A DNA stretch of 29,535 nucleotides from Oscillospiraceae bacterium (lineage in GTDB: Bacteria > Bacillota > Clostridia > Oscillospirales > Ruminococcaceae): the NCBI GenBank assembly GCA_017472375.1, contig JAFUQL010000091.1, positions 1-29,535 on the forward strand. Direction: 5' to 3'. The notes under the pieces were generated by a model, which did not search any database, was not told the DNA's origin, and saw nothing but the letters and a program-made list of their open reading frames with translations. Of this stretch, positions 24,146-29,535 are shown piece by piece. The position numbers and the translations under genes were made by a program. How positions within the stretch are numbered: position 1 is the stretch's first letter; each line of letters begins with the position of its first letter.

Positions 24146-25066
24146 TTACCAGTTTCGGATCGCAGCCGCCAGTCTTTCGTCGATGTCCAGCCGGGTCTGC
24201 CTGCATTCCTTCGGGTGCTTTCGCGCCGAGCGGAACGCCGCCCAGGGCAGCAGGTCACAGACGATGGGCAGCATCTGCCGGAGCATAGACTGGGGGAACA
24301 CGAAATGGGTGCCGTGCTCATAGAGCCAGGCTTCGTATTCACATTCGTGGGCCGTGCCCTCCAGGCGCTCCATCATGCGGCGGATGTACTTGCAGGTATC
24401 CCACAGGACATCGTCCTCCGCACCCACAAAGATGACCTTGCCCGCGATGCGCTCCACCTTGATCTTCTCCTCCTCCCGGACCGGGTGACGCCGCTCGGAT
24501 TCGTCGAACATCTTCCGGGAGGCGATCAGGTCACCGCCGGCTTTGGATTCTTCCCGGATGCGCTGCCAGTATTCCGGGTGGCGGTAGGCATAGGGAAGAT
24601 ACGGCAGGTCCTCACCATACAGGGCAATGCTGGACTCGTTCTCGCCGGGCCGCTCGTGGGCGCCGTCCTTTCCGTCCTGGTAAAAGCCCTCCATAATGAA
24701 ATCCGGCGGGGAGAGCGCGACCGTCAGGGTGATCTCCTGGAAGTAAGACGCCGCCACCAGCGCCATCATGCCCGTGGTGGAGGCGCCGGCGATGCCGATC
24801 TTCTCATTTCCCCGGGCTTTGAGGCAGGCAATGGCCTTTTCAAACCGCTCCAGCGGGTAGCGGTGGTGACCGTAGTCCCGCTTGTCCGGGGACATGGCCA
24901 GCACGTTGCAGCCCAGCTTCTGCACCCATTTCGCACCGGATACCGCCATCCGGTCATCGGAGGAATCCCCCAGCATGACGATCATGGCCTTGCTGGTCAC
25001 ATTTTCATTGGGATAATATACACCGTAAAAGCCGTCCGTTTCCGGGTAAAAATATAGTTTCTTCAT
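24146..25066 (-). CDS. Acyl-CoA thioesterase/BAAT C-terminal-type alpha/beta hydrolase
   Basis: IGIAGASTTG nucleophile elbow, IKVERIAGKVIFVGAEDDVLW and YEHGTH. Confidence 0.75.
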   Translation of the reverse strand: MKKLYFYPETDGFYGVYYPNENVTSKAMIVMLGDSSDDRMAVSGAKWVQKLGCNVLAMSPDKRDYGHHRYPLERFEKAIACLKARGNEKIGIAGASTTGMMALVAASYFQEITLTVALSPPDFIMEGFYQDGKDGAHERPGENESSIALYGEDLPYLPYAYRHPEYWQRIREESKAGGDLIASRKMFDESERRHPVREEEKIKVERIAGKVIFVGAEDDVLWDTCKYIRRMMERLEGTAHECEYEAWLYEHGTHFVFPQSMLRQMLPIVCDLLPWAAFRSARKHPKECRQTRLDIDERLAAAIRNW

Positions 25067-25086
25067 ATTGCAATATTGCAGCCCTC

Positions 25087-25692
25087 CTATTTTACCGTCA
25101 GCTTAAAATCACAGCATTCGTCTCCGCGCCCCAGCGTCTTGGTTCTGCCCCAGATCAGCTTCGGGTGCATATTGCCGTAGGCAACGTCGTCGGATGCGCA
25201 GAAGGCTGGAACGATCTCCGGACAGCCGTATTTTTTGCAGATGCTCATGTAGGGACATTCCAGCATATCCATTCTGAAACAGCCTTGTTTGGATTCATAA
25301 TGCCTCGCTTTGAAGCCCGCGTCCGGGCCAAACATTTTGTTGACACCGATCAAAAAGAGGTTCGGAACCGCTTTGTAAAGTCCCGGTATCTTCAATAGCT
25401 TTTGGATCACCTTCCCTGGCTTCTGGGCACGAGTTATGTAAAAGTCGAGGATCAGCTGCGCGGCATCCTCCCGGCCGACACCGCAGTTTACCAGCGCTTC
25501 AAAAACGCTGATCGCCGGGTAAATGCGGCTGCGGGTGTGCATCTGCACCGCCTTGGATTCGTCCGCATTTTCAGCGCACAACCCGTCAAACCGCGACCAT
25601 GCATAAGCCATAATTGTTGCGTGGTTTTCAGCATACAGCTCATCTATCAAAACGGATATTTCATCCAGAAAGGAATTTTTTCTTTTCTTCAT
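25087..25692 (-). CDS. L-2-amino-thiazoline-4-carboxylate (ATC) hydrolase-family / V4R-like protein, copy 2
   Basis: C-terminal CPY...GCPEI...C..DD..YG...RTKTLGRG..CCDF motif. Confidence 0.8.
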   Translation of the reverse strand: MKKRKNSFLDEISVLIDELYAENHATIMAYAWSRFDGLCAENADESKAVQMHTRSRIYPAISVFEALVNCGVGREDAAQLILDFYITRAQKPGKVIQKLLKIPGLYKAVPNLFLIGVNKMFGPDAGFKARHYESKQGCFRMDMLECPYMSICKKYGCPEIVPAFCASDDVAYGNMHPKLIWGRTKTLGRGDECCDFKLTVK

Positions 25693-26480
25693 TTCACCGT
25701 CTCCTTTCTGGCAGCGGCATATACCGCTTTCGCTTCCTCAATGAATTGTTCCGTATGTTCCGCGATCAGGCCGCCGTGCCCCACATTTGTGAATACCTTG
25801 TAAGTAAAGGCATATCCGGCATCCTGCCATTTTTGAATGTCTTTCGCCAGTTTTCGCTCCACCTGACTGTTGATCCCGTGCCAGATGTGCATATCTGCGT
25901 TGCGAAATACTTCAAAATCAATGGGCCTGCCAATCAAGCAGGCATCCTGGTTCTTCCAGCTCTGCCATGTGGCATCCGGGTACAAAAGCCGCTCCGCATC
26001 TTCTATGGTTCGTCCGGTGAGCTTCGCCAGTATTTTTTTGCGAATCGGGCCGGCTTTTGCCATCATCTGATAAAAGAAGCCGGTAAAGAAAAAGAGATAG
26101 ATTTCCCTGCCCAGCCTGCTTTGGATATTGGGATAATCATGGGTACTCATGCCGTCGGCAATGGCTGTTGTGACGGTTAGCCGCTTGTCTGCCAAAACCT
26201 CCAGCAGCACCCGGCAGCCGTAGGATAGAGCGTAGAGAATGTCGATCTTGCCGCCGTGATGCTCCAGGATATAGTTACCCAGCTGCTTCGCCTCATCCAT
26301 AACGGAGACAAATTCCGTATCCGGCTCGGAAGGGTTGAAGCCATCGTAGGCAACTACCACTACATGGAAGTCCTTCGCCAGCCGCTCCGCCACCGGCAGT
26401 ACACCTTTGTAGCAGACCCCGCCGCCGTGGAGCAGTACCATTAGGGTATCGTTGTGTTGTCCGAATTCAAAGTATTTCAT
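25689..26480 (-). CDS. Alpha/beta hydrolase, copy 2
   Basis: LLHGGG oxyanion motif, YDGF, ALSYG nucleophile and GHGG His. Confidence 0.85.
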   Translation of the reverse strand: MKYFEFGQHNDTLMVLLHGGGVCYKGVLPVAERLAKDFHVVVVAYDGFNPSEPDTEFVSVMDEAKQLGNYILEHHGGKIDILYALSYGCRVLLEVLADKRLTVTTAIADGMSTHDYPNIQSRLGREIYLFFFTGFFYQMMAKAGPIRKKILAKLTGRTIEDAERLLYPDATWQSWKNQDACLIGRPIDFEVFRNADMHIWHGINSQVERKLAKDIQKWQDAGYAFTYKVFTNVGHGGLIAEHTEQFIEEAKAVYAAARKETVK

Positions 26481-26956
26481 GTTTCTCTTTCTCCTGATTT
26501 AAGTGGACGGAACGTCTTGAAGATCAGCCCCGCAAACAGGGCGCACAGCGCGCCGCCCACAGCCAGCAGAAGCAGGAGCTTACATTCTTCTAAAGAATAT
26601 TCCGCCCGCAGAGCGGTAAACAGGGCAGTCAAGCCGACGATCACCCCGCCAAAACCTCCCCAGGTCAGTGTACCGAAGCCCCGGTACAGCCGCGTTCTGG
26701 GCAGGACGCGGTCCAGCTTTTGGATCCGCTCGCTGATCAGCTCTGCAATACCGATCACCATCGCGGCAGCCGGCAGCACCCCCACCACTGCGGCCGCCTG
26801 TACCAGCGGCACCTCCATGAAGGGCGGCCTCTCCGAAAAGCACCGGGCCAAGCTGACCAAATACAGGATCCATCCCACATTGCCCGGTACATCATAGATC
26901 AGCCAGCGCACCGTGGAGATGTCGCTCTCATACAAGGGCTCTTTCGCTTTTCTCAT
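26477..26956 (-). CDS. Hypothetical membrane protein (about 4 TM, 159 aa)
   Basis: RBS AAGGAGG, ATGA overlaps at both ends, hydrophobic segments. Confidence 0.7.
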   Translation of the reverse strand: MRKAKEPLYESDISTVRWLIYDVPGNVGWILYLVSLARCFSERPPFMEVPLVQAAAVVGVLPAAAMVIGIAELISERIQKLDRVLPRTRLYRGFGTLTWGGFGGVIVGLTALFTALRAEYSLEECKLLLLLAVGGALCALFAGLIFKTFRPLKSGERET

Positions 26957-27573
26957 CGCACGTCCCTCCTTAAACAAAAGTCGCATTTGTCCGCACCCTT
27001 GCCCAGCGTTCCGGTGCGGCGGAACTCCAGCCCCGGCAGGCTTCCATAAATGCAGTCGTCGATCTCACAGGAGAAGCGGATGATCTCCGGGCAGCCGATC
27101 TCGGTCAGATACTTGCAGTAAGGGCACTGCGTGATGTCGAACCGGACCTCATCCTGTGTGATGCAGTGCTTGACGGAGCAAAAGCCCGCCTCCTCGTTGA
27201 AGGAAGTCTCCAGCATTTTTGCAAAAACGATCAGCATCAGGCGGTCCACGCCGGGGATCCGCAGCGGCACCGAGAGCAGCCGCGCGACCTTCCTGCCTTC
27301 CCGTTCCACCCCGTGCTCCAGGATCTCCAGCGCATCCCTGGGGTGCATCTCCCGAAGCGCCATGTACAGCGCGGCCATGCGGAACATCTGCCCGTCGGTA
27401 TGCGCCTTTGTTTTCTCCGGAAGATGCGCATACCGGGCGCATAAGCCTTCCAACCTCTGCCCGGCGTTCGCCCAGATGCGCCCGGCCTCGGCCTTGCCGT
27501 AGCGCTGCACCAGATCTCTTTTGATGTCCCGGTAGCCGCTGTCGTGATCCAGCATCCAAACACCGCTCTTCAT
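26953..27573 (-). CDS. ATC hydrolase-family / V4R-like protein, copy 1 (206 aa)
   Basis: CPYC...GCPEI...C.IDD..YG...RRTGTLGKGADKCDF motif. Confidence 0.8.
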   Translation of the reverse strand: MKSGVWMLDHDSGYRDIKRDLVQRYGKAEAGRIWANAGQRLEGLCARYAHLPEKTKAHTDGQMFRMAALYMALREMHPRDALEILEHGVEREGRKVARLLSVPLRIPGVDRLMLIVFAKMLETSFNEEAGFCSVKHCITQDEVRFDITQCPYCKYLTEIGCPEIIRFSCEIDDCIYGSLPGLEFRRTGTLGKGADKCDFCLRRDVR

Positions 27574-28334
27574 AAGCAGATCTCCCTTATCTTCTGTGCC
27601 CACTGCTCCGGGTACAGCACCAGCAGTTCCTCATGCTCCAGGTCGAACGAGTGGATGACCGGGTCAGCAAAGTGTTTTTGGTAACGGCGCAGGTACTCCG
27701 TCCCCATCTTCGCTGCATAAAAGCAGTGCACCGTGCTGCCGGGCACGCAGATGCTCTCCTCCAGCGGCGTGATCAGATCGGAACAGAACTGGTTGTAAAC
27801 GCTCTCCTTTTTTATAAAGGGCAAGCCGCCGGCCCCGATGCCGAACATGGCCATGAAGCGGTCCCGGTAGGGCGTTCGCTTCTTTTCCATCAGGCCCTGC
27901 AGCACCCGCGGGTACTCGCCGGTGCTGACGATCTTATGAAGCAGGGGAACGGCGAGCCGGCATTTCAGCTTCGCTTTCCAAACGGGGTCCTGGTCCAGGT
28001 CCGAGCTGCCCAGGACCGCGTGATCCATGCGGATGTTTTTGCGCTGCAGCAGCAGCCCCACAAACGAGCCGCCCAAACTGCAGCCATAGGCGGCACGGAT
28101 GTGCCCCCCGAAGCAGGTTTTGATGTATTCCTCGATCTTTTCCGTCTCCGTCTGCATATCGGGAAAAACCGTGTCTTCCGTTTCGTCGAAGCCATCATAG
28201 GACGCGCAGACCACATGGAACTCCCGCGCCAGCAGCGGGATCACCCGCCCGAAGTTCCGCTCCCATTGGCAGCAGGTGCCGGGGAGCAGCAGGAGCACCG
28301 GGGACGAACGCGCGCCAAATTCATAAAAGATCAC
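27570..28334 (-). CDS. Alpha/beta hydrolase, copy 1 (GTG start, 254 aa)
   Basis: LLLPGT, YDGFD, GCSLGG nucleophile and HEE. GTGA overlap with the upstream stop, RBS GGAGG. Confidence 0.85.
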   Translation of the reverse strand: MIFYEFGARSSPVLLLLPGTCCQWERNFGRVIPLLAREFHVVCASYDGFDETEDTVFPDMQTETEKIEEYIKTCFGGHIRAAYGCSLGGSFVGLLLQRKNIRMDHAVLGSSDLDQDPVWKAKLKCRLAVPLLHKIVSTGEYPRVLQGLMEKKRTPYRDRFMAMFGIGAGGLPFIKKESVYNQFCSDLITPLEESICVPGSTVHCFYAAKMGTEYLRRYQKHFADPVIHSFDLEHEELLVLYPEQWAQKIREICL

Positions 28335-29212
28335 AGGTCTTTTCCCTCCATGTATCCGTAAAACGCCCGGTGGAGCTGCGCCATCTCTTCCCGGGCCGTC
28401 AGGGCGTGCCGGCGCATGAACCGGTCGCCAAACGAACTGTTGTAGACAAAGGGCAGCACCCAAGCCGTCAGCGCCGGCGGGCACAGCCGAAACAGGTTCA
28501 TCTTGGGCGGCGAGATGGCATCTCCCCGGGCTTTCAGCCCTGCAAAGTTCTCCTGCAGCGCCCGTGCGGTCCTGCGCATCACAGCCTTGTCCCGGTGCAC
28601 CAGCCCGGGATCTGCCGTGAGGTAGTAGGCATCCGCCAGCGGCACCACCATGGCCAGATGGCACACCTGCCATGCATGCATATCCGGGACGATCTGGCAG
28701 GGGATGCCCGCCCGGGCCAAAACCCGTTTCAGGGCATCCACCCGGGCAGTGCGCGCACCGTCGATCTCTGCAAAGGTGGTGGGCTGGATCAAGGCAGGGG
28801 TCAGCCCTGCATCCAAAACACCGTCCTGTATGCTGCCGCCCGCCCCGGGAAACCCGGGCAGGATGCGCCCCGTTCCGCAGATCGCCTCCCAGTCGGTGTA
28901 GCGGTCCAGAGAGTTCACCATGGTCACGATGGTGGGGCTGACATTGTCCCTCAGCTGCTGCAGCGCCTCGGTGAGCTGTTCGGCGCGGACGGTGAGAAAG
29001 ATATAGTCATACCGGTCGCCCGGTTCCAGCCGGCTCAGGACCCGGACGGGCTCCCGCAGGATGTGCGCCCCTGCCCGGTACTGAATGCCCTGCCGACGAA
29101 GCTGCTCCAGCCGGCGGCCCCGGGCCAGCACCGAGACGTCGCAGCCGCTTTTCGACAGGCGGACCGCATAGGTGCTTCCGATCACACCGGCACCATAGAT
29201 CAGGATACGCAT
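28331..29212 (-). CDS. Ketopantoate reductase (PanE/ApbA)-family oxidoreductase
   Basis: MRILIYGAGVIG, VLARG, IFLTVR, MVN and FPGAGG motifs. RBS GGAGG. Confidence 0.85.
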   Translation of the reverse strand: MRILIYGAGVIGSTYAVRLSKSGCDVSVLARGRRLEQLRRQGIQYRAGAHILREPVRVLSRLEPGDRYDYIFLTVRAEQLTEALQQLRDNVSPTIVTMVNSLDRYTDWEAICGTGRILPGFPGAGGSIQDGVLDAGLTPALIQPTTFAEIDGARTARVDALKRVLARAGIPCQIVPDMHAWQVCHLAMVVPLADAYYLTADPGLVHRDKAVMRRTARALQENFAGLKARGDAISPPKMNLFRLCPPALTAWVLPFVYNSSFGDRFMRRHALTAREEMAQLHRAFYGYMEGKDL

Positions 29213-29230
29213 GGACACCCCTCCCTCCAT

Positions 29231-29246
29231 GTTAGCTCTAGCTAAC
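29231..29246. promoter_or_regulatory. Candidate operator in the hydrolase-operon leader
   Basis: Perfect inverted repeat GTTAGCT-ct-AGCTAAC just upstream of the RBS. Confidence 0.5.
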
Positions 29247-29297
29247 TCTTTGCCGAACAAAATGCCGCGCAGGGCAGCGCGGCCTGGTTCTATCCAA

Positions 29298-29326
29298 ATT
29301 CTAATACGCCCTCCGCCGCAAGTCAA
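29298..29326 (-). promoter_or_regulatory. Sigma-A promoter of the hydrolase operon
   Basis: Minus strand TTGACT-17 nt-TAGAAT. Confidence 0.7.
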
Positions 29327-29370
29327 TACAGTCTCCGGGCTGCCGACCCGACCCCGTGCGGGCCGCAGAC

Positions 29371-29412
29371 AAAAAAAGATCCCCCTGCCGTCGTTCAGAC
29401 GACAGGGGGATC
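29371..29412 (-). terminator. Intrinsic terminator of the gene entering from the right edge
   Basis: Minus strand GATCCCCCTGTCGTC-loop-GACGGCAGGGGGATC followed by T7. Confidence 0.8.
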
Positions 29413-29502
29413 CTGCGCATTACAAGTATGGGGCCAGGGCGATGTCACATCATCGGCCCGGTCCGGTCACGCTTTGCCGTGCGCGCAAGACCGGCGCTGG
29501 GA

Positions 29503-29535
29503 TCAGCGGGGGTTCTTGATGGCAGCCTGAGCGGC
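29503..29535 (-). CDS. 3' tip of an unidentified gene
   Basis: Frame AAQAAIKNPR* with host-like codons, ending upstream of the terminator. Too short to identify. Confidence 0.3.
   Translation of the reverse strand, partial: AAQAAIKNPR

Noticed and set aside
22064-25057. 997-aa plus-strand ORF
   Set aside because: It runs antisense across three well-supported genes and two terminators, with no domain features or RBS.
22862-29212. Integron, ICE or prophage origin of the accessory operon
   Set aside because: No integrase, transposase, att-like direct repeats or inter-gene recombination sites. Genes overlap with no room for attC-type elements.
28331-29212. Assignment as housekeeping panE
   Set aside because: No pan genes nearby and the C-terminal domain is divergent, so only a family-level call is supportable.
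1-29535. CRISPR arrays, tRNA/rRNA genes, tandem repeats
   Set aside because: No regularly spaced direct repeats or RNA-gene signatures were seen on manual reading.

Overview
High-GC Clostridia-like (Oscillospiraceae-like, by inference) chromosomal window with almost all genes on the minus strand. (1) 1-1208: LytTR response regulator coupled to a partial membrane histidine kinase. (2) 1382-12206: complete sulfoquinovose transaldolase (sulfo-TAL/SFT) catabolic cluster: sulfofructose transaldolase, sulfolactaldehyde reductase, DUF4867, GH31 sulfoquinovosidase, a tripartite tricarboxylate transporter (TctCBA) and SQ isomerase, followed by a ROK-family repressor. A 21-bp palindrome recurs at both promoters and is a candidate operator. 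(3) 12750-15326: AI-2E permease and HI0933 flavoprotein. (4) 15477-22152: divergent LysR plus a probable operon of an atypical Glu/Leu/Phe/Val dehydrogenase, OPT transporter, stand-alone PqqD/RRE protein, membrane-anchored wHTH-like protein and PepD. (5) 22862-29212: nine-gene accessory operon (ketopantoate-reductase-like protein, two alpha/beta hydrolases each followed by an ATC-hydrolase-family protein, BAAT-type hydrolase, methyltransferase, two membrane proteins) with a mosaic base composition. No rRNA, tRNA, CRISPR array or transposase was seen. All family assignments come from recalled motifs, not database searches.
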